DNA of 64,000 nucleotides from Octopus sinensis. Taxonomy: Eukaryota. The notes beneath the pieces are model-generated. The model ran no database searches. It was not told the DNA's origin and saw only the letters and a list, made by a program, of their open reading frames with translations. Position 1 is the stretch's first letter. The number at the start of each line of letters is the position of its first letter. The stretch covers positions 142,414,001 through 142,478,000 of the forward strand of contig NC_042998.1 of the NCBI RefSeq assembly GCF_006345805.1. Reading direction: 5' to 3'. This document shows, piece after piece, positions 23,579 to 37,527 of the stretch. The position numbers were made by a program, and so were the translations under genes.

Positions 23579-24509
23579 GCCAATTATGGTGCAAGACCAG
23601 TAATTTTGAGGGGATGGAGTTATTCAATATCGTCGATTCGGGATTTCACTGCTTGGTATTTGATTACATCGACCCCGAAAGGATGAATGATAGATAACCT
23701 CTCCGAGAGTTGCTTGCGCCTTCCAAGGCGTATCTATTGAATTGTTTTTTCGTTTCGTTTTGTTTTTTAACATTCATATTAGATGCTAACACCTTCTATG
23801 GCATCTTCCGGGTTGTGAAGTAGAGTGGTAGCTTCTGCAATTGTATCTGGCATTATGGTTAAATTATCAGTATAATCTTTGCTGTTATTGTCGTGCCTAC
23901 ATATCTGGAACTTGTTCTTAGGATAGTAAAACCAAATTCTTTGTTGCGATATACTGGAGTGTGAAGGAGATAATCAAGATAGAATATTAGAAAGGTGTAA
24001 GGATGTCTTTTTTTAAATCATCAACAAAAATGTCGAAGAAAATCTTGTCTCTGTCTGATGAAGGCACCTTAATTTGAGTGCTTTTGTAGTGCAGTATTAT
24101 TGCATCTACAATGTCTTAGATAATCCCATAGGATGGTAGAATTTGTTGCAAGCTTTGCGGGAATCTACGAATAACGGAATGGCAGAGAGGTTATTTGCTC
24201 AAATAGCTTCAATATTCATCTGATAGTTAATATTTGACCAATCGTTGAGCGACATTTTATGAACCCATTCTGATTTCTACGAAAAAATATTCTCGAGTTA
24301 CGCCTGGATACTTTATGTATCATTATGTTCTAGATATTAACTTCAATAACCGATAATTTTGCATCAAGCCTAAGACCACTTTTTGGAGGTGGAGAAAGAC
24401 GATACAACCTACTTTTGTATGTGGATTTTGATTGTAAACAGAGTTTCACAATTAAAGAACTATATTAAATGCCCACCGTCTTTTTTTCTTTTTTATGTTC
24501 AGACGGGAA

Positions 24510-25330
24510 TACTACAGATCGATACACTAGCATCCTTCTTGTTCATCATAACACTGGACTGAGTTTTGCGTACGTCTATTAATCTTCACAGTAACATTAG
24601 TTTTACTCTACAGAAAGCTAGAAGCAGGAGGTATCCAACCAGGAAGATCACTGATGCTGATTATGCGGTCAACCTTGCGCTACTTGCTGGCAAGGTAACA
24701 AATGCTGAAAAACTACTGCATGCAGTAGAAGAGGCGCTTTGGAATCAGTTTTCATGGGAATGCTGGGAATGTTGGGAAGTCTGAATACATATGCTTTAAC
24801 TAGAACGGCCAGATCAATTCGTTGCGAGGTACGCATCTGGAACGTTTCACTTATCTCAGAAGTGATATCTCATCCACCAAAAAGATGTATCAATCCGGAT
24901 ATCAAAAGCATGGAGTGGGGTATGGAACAGATTAAGAATAATTTGGAAGTGTACGCTGCCTCAAGGATGTAACGAGAATTCTTCAGGCCAAATTAAAATC
25001 AGTTCTTCTTTACGGTTCAATAGCATGGACTCTGACAAGAAAAATAGAAAGCAAGCTGGATGAGACCTACACATGTATGTTGTGTGCTGTTCTCAGGAAA
25101 TCATGGGAACAACATCCAACAAAAGAACTTTTGGAAATATCCCCAACACATCAATCATTCGAGAGAGAAGAACAAGAAATGCTGGTTACTGCTATCGAAA
25201 AAAAATCAATTAATTTCTTTTGTGAACCCTGAGCCATGGGAATTCTCATTTCGGACTACCCAGAATGACATACAATGATCAACTCTCTCAAGACCTCAAA
25301 AATGTCATGGAACAGAAAGAATGGTTAATG
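24510..25330 (+). mobile_element. Decayed RTE-type LINE RT fragment
   Basis: DTLASFLFIITLD..FTLQKARSRRYPTRKITDADYAVNLALLA (YADD-equivalent), with stops and frameshifts. Confidence 0.7.
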
Positions 25331-27637
25331 TCCGGACAACGAGTATTTCTGGGGTGTTTTTGTTTTTTTGTTTTACTTTTTTGTCAGTTTCTTTTAAGTC
25401 GTCTGTTTGTAAAGTTAAGTCGTCTGCTTGTAAAGTTAAGTCGTCTGCTGTAATGTGACCCAATATGATATTCAGATTGTTGTAATTTATGATAATCTGT
25501 ATAGGTTTGCCATTAATGACCGGAGGTTTTCCAAGATTCTAAAAGCAGTGCTTCCAATTGTTGAAGTGATCTTGTTTGGTTTAAGGATTTTAGTTTATGC
25601 CCTTTTCTTTGGAAGTGGGGCATCGATTTCATTAACAGTGTTCCATATCGATACTCAAAAAAATGTATAGCGAGATATCAATCCTACTTTGAATGTAGTT
25701 TTACTGTCCCACTTCATTCATATCTAATGTGTTTTTTTGGTTTGTTTGTTTGGTTGGTTGGTTTTTGCTCTGTTTTTTTTTTTGTTTTTTGTTTTTGTTT
25801 TTGTTTTTGTTTTTCAAATTTCCGAAATTTCTTTCTGAAGGTTTCATATTTTCCAGATGGACTGAATTCACGCTTGTCGATGACTGCCTTAAGATTCCCA
25901 TAGCACTTTTCTCTTGATTAGGGTTATGAGTGAGATGCTTCATGAAATTGCATCATAATGTGATGTAACAAAATCGTCATAAATAATAAGTATTTGGGGA
26001 ATTTCATTCTATTTTCTGTTTCAAGCGATTAAAATGTGTCCTTAACGTCCATGATGTATTGATTATTAGTCAGTTTAATCCAATCAAATAGAAGATTACT
26101 ATTGATTGTAAATTTAGATTTAGAGGCAGCACAGACTTAGACGAACGTTAATGTACATGATTCGATGATCAGAATTAACTCCTGAAGGAAAAAAACATAC
26201 TGTTGTAAGCTTTACAGTTCATCTCACTATAAATCTATATACGGTTTACGAATGAGTAATTAAATTGAGCTCTTCTTTTGTGCAAATTATGAACACACTG
26301 TTATGAACAGTGTGTTCATAATTTGCCATTCTTTTTCTGGAAATTTGTATTGAAGCATAACAGTCCATTATCTTAAACAAATCCCTCCAAATATTGACGG
26401 CTTGTATTAGTTGCTTCGTGAAATGTCTATTTATGATTTTCATTACATACATATTTTTTCATTACATCCAATTTCCGCATTCATACGATCAATACGTCAA
26501 GCTTTGATATTTGTTGAGTAAATGAAGAAAGTTCCTGATAGAAGCCAAGAACATTTTCGTCACATACATTGGTTGGACTGTAATAGATCACAGACGTACG
26601 AGGATTTCTACTAAAATTAGCAATCATCTGTTTTAAAGAAAATCTGTTTCACTGCTATTTAATGACTCGAATGATCGTAAAATGAGAAGTATACCTACAA
26701 ACACTACCGATTCTTTTCATTAAAAGGGCGGGGGGGTTCCTGTGCCGAGTTACACACCATCCATGACCAACATCATGATGCCTGATGTTCAGTTCATCAA
26801 AATGCTGTAGACTTAGTTCCGTCTACCAAATTCATTCGCAAGATATTGGTCGGCCTTGTAGAAAACACTTGCTCAAGATACAACGCAGTAAGACTGAATC
26901 CAGAATCACGTGGTTGCAAAGAGAGCTTCTAAACCATACAGCCATGCACGCACCTATTATTACAATCTTTTAAATTCTGTTTTCATGTACTCAACGAAAA
27001 TATCTTCTATGTCTGAATTTGGAGTTAGGTAACTTAAATACTGTTTAAATTTTTCCTTCTTCCTTATTTGTCTGTTCTTGACGTCCTTTCTAACAATGCA
27101 CAATCCTATACAAATGATACACTTCCACGCAACATGGATATTACCTGATGCCAGATTTACATTGTCATTGAGTTAGTATCTCGACATACCATTCAATGGA
27201 CAAAACAACCTTGTTTCTTTCAACAAGACACACCAACATAAATACAACTGTAGACTCACAGACGCGATATTTGTATCCTCTTTCTCTTCCGCTGTTACCA
27301 GAATGATTGCTGTGTTTCTGAAACAGCTATTTTCCCATTTCATCGGACCACTCGATCTACCCACCTTTCCTTCTCTAGTCACTTCTACTGCACCTTATCT
27401 ATCCTCAGTACTACATATTTTCCTTAATCCTTCCTTTCAAGACTGCAACTCACTGGAATACCCTCCCCGTTCGAGCTTTTCGTTCGAACATTAACCACAT
27501 ATATTCAAATTAAAATTTAACCATGTCGATTTGTGGGAGGCCCTAGAAAAATCATAGATACTTCACCACCTCCTCCGATTAACTTATAAAATAAGGTTAG
27601 GGTTAGGTTTAGAATTAAATACTAATTTAAAGTTGTG

Positions 27638-28470
27638 GAGACGCGTTGCCTAGTTGGTTAGGATGCTGCACTCACGATTGTAAGATTGTAGTAAGAAGTT
27701 CTGTTCTATTCCCATCCACATGGTTTCAGATTCAATCCCACTGTACAAATCCTTGGCCAAGTGTCTTCTTCTTTAGCTCCAGACTGACCGAATCCTTGTG
27801 GGTGGATTTGGTAGACGGAAACTAAAAGAAGCCCGAACCGGGAAGTGTCCTTGAGCAAAATACTTCATTTCACATTTCCAGCAATAGGTAGGAAGTTAAT
27901 CCTGCATCGGGCCGGTGTCCAGTTCAGTGAGTGGGTTATAATCTCAGTCACTTATACGCCTAGTGGAGGTGCGTGACTTAGTGGTTAGGGTGTTGGAATG
28001 ATAATCATAAAATTGTGATTTCGATTCCTGGAACGGGCGACGCGTTGTGTTCTTGAGCAAAACACTTCATTTCATACTGCTCCAGTCCACTCAGCTGGCA
28101 AAAATGAATAATCCTGTGACAGACCGGCATTCCGTCTAGGAGGGGAATATATGCGCCATGGAAACCGGGAAACCGGCCCTATAAGTCTTTATGACCCGGG
28201 AAGGAACTTTACATTGTGGAGGCCTGTGGTTTAGTGGTTAGGGTGTTGGATTCTTGATCGTAAGATCGTGGTTTCCATTCCTGGACCGGACTACACGTTG
28301 TGTTCTTGAGCAAAACACTTCATTCTACGTTACCCCAGTCCACCCAGCTGGCAAAAGGGAGTAATCCTGCGATGGACCGGCGTCCTGTCCAGATGGGGAA
28401 TATAAACGCCATTGAAACCGGGAAACCAGCCTTTATGAGTCGATATGTCTCGAGAAGGTAACTTCACCTT
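27638..28470 (+). mobile_element. Three adjacent tRNA-derived SINE copies
   Basis: Heads with A box (TAGTGGTTAGG) and B box (GTTTCGATTCC-like) at ~27638, ~27965 and ~28218, sharing GTGTTCTTGAGCAAAACACTTCAT. Confidence 0.75.
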
Positions 28471-28609
28471 TTACTTATAAGCCATGGAAACTGAGTTAAG
28501 CCCTGGTCTTGTGAGTTCTAAGGTTCATAAGAGAACTAAGTAAACAAAATTTAAGGCTAAAGTTTAAAAATCTCGTGCTAAGTTCTTTCCACGACATTAT
28601 CATAAAGTA

Positions 28610-29950
28610 AGGTATACTAGCCATCTCAATGTGGCTAACCCCTAAGGGTGGGTGTTACTGGAAAAACGATATATAAGGATTTGCATTGGGACTCCCTTCA
28701 TCGAAAACCGGTGATTGCCGTACGCCGAAGACAGGCAAATACCTAGAAACTGCAGTCCGTGCGTATCACTTAGGTTGACGAGGGAGGGATGAACTCCCTT
28801 TGCAAATACCATAAGGGCACAGAAAGTGTGCCTAAAGCCAGCTGGAGACGATGATCTCCTGGGGCTACAAGCTACAGTAACACCCACCCTTAGGGGTTAG
28901 CCATATTGAGATGGCTAGTATACCTTACATTGTCGTGCAGTTACTGTTTACACCTCGTTCAGAGATTTATTATTGCTTGCATACAGTTTTTCGAGATCAG
29001 TGACGAAAAGTTACTGGAAAAACGATATATAAGGATTTGCAGAAGCAATAGAAATTATATTGGATAATGTATGGAAGCATCTAAAAATTAAATTCACTCA
29101 TGATACCAGCAAAATCATTTATTAGTAACTTGCACAAGAGTACTGCTTCGCTGCCCAGAAGATAAACAAGGTAAATAATATAAACAGGAAAATGGAGTAG
29201 CTATAGGTTCTCTCCTAGGACCATATTCTACATTACTACAACTGAAAGTAACGTAATACTTCAACACAAACATATAATCTACATTAGATATGTAGGCGGT
29301 TAGCTAGTTATTATGAACACTTCAAAAGACAGAGAGAAATTAAATCAGGACCGATAGAAAACTCAGTACTAAAATTTAACATCCAATGCAACACTAGTGT
29401 GATTCTGTTCCTAGACATAAATATTCAGATTAAAAATAATTCAAACATTGTGTCAGTTTACACGAAAGACATAAATAAATTCATATGCTAACATGGAGAT
29501 AATGAATACCTACGTACCTACAAAATGCCAGTGGTAAAATCACTACTTAGAAGGTATTAAGGTTTTCTTCCACAAATAAAACACTAGATAAAGAGATTCA
29601 CAGAATAAAACAAGCATTACTTAACAACTGATATTCTAACAAACAAACAGACCAAGTTACTGATAAATGTAGGCAGAAATACAATACGACAAATACATTA
29701 GTCATGAGTAAACTGCGATCTGCGAGACTTTCTGAATGGCACGCCGATGAAAAATTACCTTTAATTTTCTTTTCTTTTTTTTTTTTTAGTAAGCCATGTG
29801 ACGTGCGACCCACTTTTCGGAAAAGGTTGCCTATACCTACAATAGACAATATCTCTATTAAAAGTACACAAAGCGTAATATATGAATCAAATGCATACAA
29901 GGTATAGAACAGACGAAGATATAAATGTAGACAGAAGGTACTAATTTGTA
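28610..29950 (+). mobile_element. Penelope-like element remnant with inverted pseudo-LTR
   Basis: 28610-28661 is inverted at ~28875-28927, and a 30-bp direct repeat occurs at 28656 and 29011. Decayed RT (QENGVAIGSLLGP, YIRYV, FLDINI). Hammerhead at 28719. Confidence 0.7.
28719..28763 (+). ncRNA. Minimal type I hammerhead, two T>C changes
   Basis: CGTACG CCGAAGA CAGG CAAATA CCTA GAAAC TGCA GTC CGTGCG, with U4>C and a C-A mismatch at the base of stem II. Confidence 0.55.
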
Positions 29951-29983
29951 CCCCCTGTCACTTTAGTGACCTCTATTAAATTG

Positions 29984-30016
<33 letters not shown>

Positions 30017-30922
30017 CCGGCTCGGTTACGATCATGAGCTGGTAGTCATAATACCTAAGTTACGTGCCTTGACGCTTAGATGTAACAACAAAGATGAAAT
30101 GAGAAACAAAATAATAAGAGGTATCGCTATAATGTGATTAATTCAACACTGTATGATCAGCCGTCAGCCAGATGCCCTCCGAGTGCCCAGAAGTCGGCTT
30201 GCTAAGACTCGCAAGTTCCATTACCGGTTGCTTCTACTGGGATCATTATTGGCATTTCTCTGGGATAATACTTGATGAGGCGCCAATCTCTTTCACGAAG
30301 ACTAATAGATGTCGATTTCTGTCTTGACCAGTTCTGACAATTTAGCATTTCACATACCACTGTCAAGCCTTCAAGTTCATTAGCTTGTCTGGTTATTCTG
30401 CACTCGCTGCTGTTCCAGGTTTCATGTACTTGAGGATAGACATTCTACCCTCAGGCATTGCTGTTGGGTTCTCTCGCGTAGTTTATTTAACTGGTCATTC
30501 GAAACCAGTGTGTATTATCCTGTTGATAATAATGCTGACTCGATTATATTATATGTTGTACTGTACGTGTATTAAGTCGTCATCAGTTTCGTATTTCATA
30601 TTCCGCCCATATGTCTATCGTGACGTCATCAGTTTACAGTCGTATATCGCTGGTGTGTCGAAACGACCTCAAAATCAGCAAAACTGACATTCACTTGACA
30701 CATTCATACGCATGCGCGCGCACGCTCACAAACATATGTACACAGTCTCATACATATACACACACATACACACGCATACATACATACATATGTACTTACA
30801 TACATACTTAGATTGGCAGATAGATAGATAAATAGATAGATAGATAGAGAGAGAGAGAGAGATAGGTAGGTAGGTAGGTAGGTAGGTAGGTAGATAGATA
30901 GATAGGTAGGTAGGTAGGTAGG

Positions 30923-31029
<107 letters not shown>

Positions 31030-31593
31030 GTTTCTTTATTGGCCACACAGGGCTGCACACAGATGGGACAAGTTACAAGGTAGAGCTTTTCTTTGGGGGG
31101 ATGAAGAGAACAAAAACAAAAGAAAAAAAAGGGGGTGGCGTAGGTTTTCGATCAAGAGGGATCGTAAAAGGAAAGAAAAGAACAAAAACAAAAAAATTGA
31201 ATAAAATAAAAAGAATAAAAAGAAAAAAAAAGAAAAGGAAAAGAAAAAGGAAAGAGAAAAGAAAAAGAAGAAAAAAAAAAAAAAAAAGAAAGAGGAAGAG
31301 AAAAAAAAAAAACATCAATAGGGATCGTGTATCACAGTGTTATGATATATGGTGTAAAGGGGAAAGCAAGTAAGGTTTATCAATGGAAGAAAAGCCTACG
31401 AAAAAGACCACGGTAACCTTGGTCAATATTGTTATATGTTACCACATTTGTTTGCAAGTGGGTAACCCTCTGTTTTCAATTTCTGGGTTCATAGGATTAT
31501 GCTCAAGGTGGCTTCGTCATTCATACGTGCCATCCTTGCTACATTCACCCATCTTTTTTTAAAACATTCGCTAGACAAAACTTACCTCTCTAC
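31030..31593 (-). mobile_element. 5'-truncated Tx1 copy 1
   Basis: 3' UTR plus the last ~100 nt of ORF2. I count 4 substitutions in ~123 nt against the full copy. GATA/GGTA repeats on both sides. Confidence 0.92.
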
Positions 31594-32057
31594 TAGATAG
31601 GTAGGTAGATAGGTAGGTAGGTAGGTAGATAGATAGATAGATAGATAGATAGATATGTTTCTTTATTAGCCACACAGGGCTGCACACAGATAGAACAAAT
31701 TACAAGGTAGAGCTTTTCTTTTGAAGGTATTAAAAAAAAAAAAAAAAAAAAAAAAGGGAGGGGGAGGTTCGATCAAAAGGGATCGTAAAAGGAGAGAAAG
31801 AGGACAAAAATAAGGGGGGTTAAAAAAAAAAAAAAAAAAAGGGGGGAAGAGGAAAAAAAAATGATCAATAGGGATCGTTATCACAGAAATGTCAATATGA
31901 AGTGTAAAGGGGAGGACAGGTGAGGTTTACCCGTGGAAAGAAAAGCCTGCGGAAAAGACCACGGTAACCTCGGTCAATGAAGTCACATTTTTTATTTTTT
32001 TTTTTTTTTTTTTTTTTTTTTTGCAAATAAGCAACTCTCTGTTTTCGATTTCTGGGT

Positions 32058-35000
32058 TCATAGGACTATGCTCAAGGTGGCTTCGTCATTCATACGTGCC
32101 ATTCTTGCTACATTCACCCATCTTTTTTTAAAACATTCGCTAGACAAAACTTGCCTCTCTACTCTCACTTTCCTTTTCAAGTGGTACTTGAAGAAGTTGA
32201 TGAGAGATTGACCAGAGAGGAAAGTGTTTGTCTCCAATCCTTTCAGACGCGTCCACCAGATACATTCTTTCGCCATAGCCACAAGGATGATGAAAATAGC
32301 TCTTCCTTCCCGTTTGAAGGAAGGAGGCGTGACAATATTGACGATAGACTCAGCTGATAAACCGACTCGTCCCACACGTGACAGCAGTTGTTCGACATAA
32401 GCCCACAGGTCGGAAATTGTTGGACACTGAACGAGTGCGTGCAGAACGGTTTCGTCGCTCTGACCGCATCTCGGGCAGGTCGGTCCCGTGTTTCTCGAGC
32501 CGTGTCTGTAGAGCTTATCCCGAACGGGTAGCGCTTCTCGGTAGCACTGCCAGGCCAGGGATCTCTGGAAGTTGTCCATGGGCCCTGGCCCGAAAGTCGT
32601 CCCGAACAGGCGGGTCAGGTACTCCTCGTCGACGTCCAGGTTCGCCCCGAGCTCGTCGTCGTACCTCCCCTCCACTAAACCCCTATAGAATGCTTTGGTT
32701 GTGTTGAAGTCACTTAAGGTCGACCCAGGACGGCAGAGTTGCTTGAGAGCAACGCGACACTCGCGGTGCCATTCGCCCTTCCTCGGCCTCTTTTTGATCC
32801 ACGACTGCAGTTCGGTCATGGAGACGAGCTGCGGGAAAGCGTGCCTCACAAACGGCGACCACACCTGTTCACCGTCGTCTACATAGAGCCAGAGATGTCG
32901 CAGTCTCAGCGCGTGTCTGCGCATCATCAACCACGGCATGCCCAGCCCTCCTTTTAACGGGTGTTGACAGCAAATGGATCGCCTGACCATCGGGACGCAT
33001 CCTTTCCACAAGAAGCGAAAGAGGATGCGTTGTAGTTTGGTGATGGTAGGGTCGGGACAAGGTACGACGGTCAGGCGGTAGTAGATGACGGACGCGATGT
33101 ACGTGTTCGCCACCTCCGCTCGACCTTTTAGGGACAGTTTCCTCTCGGCCCATTGCCGGGCGAGAGTGACCACCACCCTACTCGTTATCTCGTTCCAGTT
33201 CTTCTCCACTTGGAGGTCCGGACCAAACCAGACCCCGAGCAACTCAACCGGGCCGTCGGTCCAGCGTCCCACGACGGAGGCGCTGGTGGACGGCATGGGC
33301 TTGCTTCTCCAGGTGCCTAGTCGCAAGCCCACTGACTTTTCCCTGGTTGATTTTCGCTCCTGTCACCGCTTCGTAGTTTTTCAGTGTCTCGCCGACCAGC
33401 TCGATGTGCTCGTGGCTAGACACTATGACGGTGACGTCGTCCGCGTATGCAGACACGCTCGTCCCGCATCCCAATTCTCGCGGGATGCCCCTTAGAGTCG
33501 CCAGCTTCCGCAGTAGTGGCTCAAGAGTCAATACGTATAGAAGCGCCGAGAGGGGGCATCCCTGACGGACCGAACGTGCAATGTCGAAAGGTCTCGATAG
33601 ATGTCCATTTACGCGAATTACCGAACGGATGCCTCTGTACAAGGCAGCTATCCAGCCGCGGAAGACGGGACCGAAACCAGCCGCTCTCAGGACTGCCTCC
33701 AAGTATCGATGGTCTACCCTATCAAAGGCTTTTGATTGATCCAAGTTGATCAGGGCCCCACCCATGCCAGGTTCGTTAACTACCCTGTCTATGATGTAGC
33801 GCATCAGATGGAGGTTGTCATGGATGGTCCGGCCTGGCACGGCGCATGTTTGCGCCTTGTCGACCAGTTTCTCGATGACAAGCGCCAACCTCTTGGCTAG
33901 CACCTTGGCCAAAATTTTCAAGTCTGCATTAAGCAGAGTGATGGGCCTAAAGTTATCTATTACATTTCCCTTGTTTAGATCTTTCTTCAGCAGTGTTACG
34001 GCTCCTCGGCTCACAAAACCAGGAATGCTCCCGTTTTGCTGCCAGTTGCAGTACACGCCGCCAAGAGATCTCCAAACAAGTCTGGCATACAATTGTAAAG
34101 CTCGTAGGGTAGACCATCCAAACCCGGATTTGTCCCTCGAGCATTCTGCCATCGCTCCCGCACTTCCGCCGCCGTGATGGCACCTTCGCAGCACCCTGCC
34201 TTTCTTGTCGAGAGTCGTGGTAGGCTATGTAGGTAGGCACTGAAGTCCACCCTACGTTCTTGCCCTCCACTCGTTCCGAACAGTCGGGCAAAATGCTGCT
34301 GAAAGGCCTCACACATTTTACTTGGCTCGAGCAATTCGCGCCCCTGTTCATCTACCAGTGACCGAATGGTGGCTTTGTTGCCCTGTTGCGCCTCTGCCAC
34401 CCGGGCCTCTCTCGCGGCTCCAACACCTTCGTTCCTTAGAGCACGCATCCTAGCTCTGACAGCACATCCTTCGTGTTTGGCGTTGAAGTGTTGGTCGAGG
34501 GCCAACCTCGCCGCCAAAACGTCGGATGCGATGCCGCTTCTAATTGCCTCTTCTAGCTTCTTAACTAGCTCACCCTCTACTCTATTTCTATCTATGGCTA
34601 GTGCTTTGCTGTACCTAATCGCTTCTGCTTTTACTGCTCTCTTGAGGGCAAACCACCATTTGTTGTTGATGATGGCTCCCGTCAAAGCCCTCTTACTAGT
34701 GTGCTAATCCGGTCCGGTCTCTGAAAACTTGTCTCGATGGGAAAGACGCGTTTAGTTTCCAGTATCCGGGACCCTGCCTAAGTGTCTTACCTAAGTCTAG
34801 CGTACATGTCACAAGTTTGTGATCCGTGTAGCTGACTATGTGGAATTGTGGACATCCTATGCTATCTCTATCTACTGTCCTACACAGTATCCTATCTAGA
34901 TACGATCTCGACGACCCGATGCGGTTGCTCCATGTCCACGTTGGCGCATTCGGGTGGTCTAGTCGAAACCTGTCAGACAGTTGAAAGCGTCTGAGCAGGT

Positions 35001-35499
35001 CTCTGAGGCATTTGCATCCCCGTCTATTCCTATCTCTACCCACGTAGTCTACATGCGTGTCCAAGGTAGCATTCCAATCCCCCACTAAGAGTAAAGGACG
35101 AGACGTTCCCAAGAAAACTTCTAGACGTTGAAAGAAATCCGCCCGACCTGTTAAGGGCGGTGCGTAAACTGATACGAGCCGAAAAGCGCACCCATTGCTG
35201 CCGTCGACATCCAGGACGACCAGTCTACCCTCCGGGTCTACGAATATTGTCCTTACATTGAGATCCAGAGTCTTGTGAAAAAGTACCGCGGTGCCACTAC
35301 CGCCCATTCTCGGCAGACAGGGGGAAAAATAAATGTTGAACTGTCCGCCAAACATGGTCTTTAGGGCCCGCGGATTGTGGAGTCTGGTCTCGCTTATGGC
35401 TATGATTTCTAACTTATGTGACTTTATGTCATTTAAGAGGTACCCTTGTTTCCAAGGGGACCCCAAGCCACGCGCATTTACACAACCAATCTTGATCAT
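32058..35499 (-). CDS. Tx1 ORF2: APE endonuclease, reverse transcriptase, C-terminal CCHC; several small indels
   Basis: MIKIGCVNARGL, ISETRL, LVGDWN, SYLDRI and SYTDH (APE). PGLDGLP, NFRPITLLNADLKILAK, LDQSKAFDRVDH, VRQGCPLS and AYADDV (RT). CPRCGQSDETVLHALVQC at the C-terminus. Confidence 0.93.
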
Positions 35500-35530
35500 A
35501 GTTCTAATGAATTAGAATACAGAGGGTTAC

Positions 35531-37527
35531 TTACTGCTCGAAAGTTTTTGCTTTCTCCTCCGTTGGTTTGTCCTCGAGAAGATCCCAGTACAGTTTCTTT
35601 GTGAGATATTTTTGGCATTTACCAACCGCACTGGGGAAAATGCCTTTGAGTGTGTGGTGCAGACTTTTGGAGATGTGTATTATTTTGATGTGGTCTGGTG
35701 GTGTTGTGTATGGGTGGTTGTTTGTTTTTATGTCATCTTCTGTTATGTTTGTTTTTGATTGGATGTATTCCATCAAATTTGTGTTTTTGGTGTCTATGGC
35801 TGTGAGCATGTTTGCTGTATATGTTTTTGTGGTGTTGGTGTGGCTGTTGTTTGCGTTGGGTTTTGAAATGTCTTCGGGAGATGTATTTCCCCCTGCTTTG
35901 TTCGTGTTTGCATTTGGTTTGGTTGTGTTTCTGCTCTTTATTTTCCTTCTTTTTGTAGCTATTTGCCATTCCTCACTGGTTTCGTCTTCCGACGAAATTT
36001 CTGAGGAATCAGAAGGGGGTAGGGGTATGTTGTGGGCTTCTATGTATGTCTGTGTAAGTGGTTGTGTTGTTGTTTTCGTTGTTGTGGGTTGTTGAGTGTT
36101 TGTGTGTGTTGAGTGCGGTATAAGGGATGGGGGATCAGTTTGTGTGTGTTTTCTTTGTTTTTCTGTTCCTTTGGGTTTTGCTGTTGATGGTAGTGTTGGT
36201 ATTTTTCCAGGTGTCGAGTGGTTTTTGGTTGATGACGGATTAGCTTGGTGTGCTTCTCTTGTCGTTTTCTGTGTTGATGGTGGTGTGGGTAGTAGAGCTT
36301 TTTTTCCGGAGTGCTTTGGTTGTGGTAGTGGTTGTTGTTGTTGCTCTTGGTGTGCAGTGGTTGGGCACGTCTTTTTCAAGTGTGTTTCGCTTCCACACAA
36401 ATAGCAGCGTGGTCGCCTGCCCTCTACCACTATATAGAGTTTGTAGCCTCCTGGCAGTTCTATAGCGGTGGGTATCTTCTCTCTTGCTGCTTCATCCATT
36501 GAAGCAGGAATTCGATTGATTTGCCCACATAGTCTTTCTCTCCTAGAACCGCGATTTCCAGGATGTTTGTCTCTGACATTGTCTCTGACATTTCAAAGCA
36601 GATGGCAGAGACCACCCATTGTGTTTCGACATCAAATGGTATGTTTTTTTTGGACTTTCGTGACCCTTTTGTTTAAATAGACTGGTATCATTACCAAGTC
36701 GTCCGAATGTAGCTCCAATGTGGAAAAACGTTTTGCTAAACTTTCGTTGAGGAAACGTACTTGGACTGTACCAAATTTGTTTCCCCAACTGATATATTCC
36801 TTGGAGTCCCATACAGGACGAAGGCATTTATCGATTTTTTCCTGCGGTGCATTTTCTGTTCTTCTTGTTTTTTGTTTATTACTTTATAAATTATTGTTTT
36901 TTTTTGCGTGTTTTCCACGATGTGTTGTGGAATATGAAGGTGCAATTTGTCTCTTCTTTGGAGAAGAGTGCCTTTGTGCGGTTTATCTCTTGTGTGGTGA
37001 ATGTTACAATTGTTTTTTTTGTTTTGTTACGTCCGCAAAATTCGTTTTGAATTTGGCAGTAGAAGTGTTAATTGTGGCAGTGTTAATTGAAGTCATGGTA
37101 GTGGTGTTGGTGTTGGCGGTATTAGCAGCAGAAGGCTTGAATGTAGCATTTGACGTCGTAGTAGTGGTGTTGGTGTTGGCGGTGTTGTCTTTGGTAGGCG
37201 GCTTTGTGCCAATTTCGTTGTTGTTGTTGGTGGTGGGGATGGTGGTGGTGCTGGCATTCATGTTTTCGTTTGTATTCATTTTTGAAATCCCTTTCTCTGT
37301 CCCTTTATCATCAACAAGTGGTGTGGGGAGTGAGGGGAAATCTAAGTTAATGTCTTTGGTCGCGGCGATGGTGAATGCGACGTTAGATTGTTGTTGTTGT
37401 TGGTGGTGGTGGTGATGGTGGTGACAGCGGTGTTCACGCTGCGATGTTTAGCAGCTAGTGGTAGCAATAGTGTTTTGCTACCGTTCTGCATGACTGGCGG
37501 GCTAGCCACGTGGTTTCTAGTTGCCAT
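35531..37527 (-). CDS. Tx1 ORF1 (gag-like; low-complexity N-terminus, putative RRM, CCHC zinc knuckle), frameshifted
   Basis: Starts MATRNHVASPP. CYLCGSETHLKKTC is CX2CX4HX4C. Split over track ORFs 37342-37533, 37004-37279, 36543-36827 and 35531-36499. Confidence 0.8.

Noticed and set aside
27638-28300. tRNA genes
   Set aside because: A and B boxes are present, but the sequences continue into SINE bodies and lack a full cloverleaf.
36720-37415. 231-aa and 175-aa (35568-36095) plus-strand hydrophobic ORFs
   Set aside because: They are antisense shadows of the Thr/Asn/Lys-rich Tx1 ORF1.
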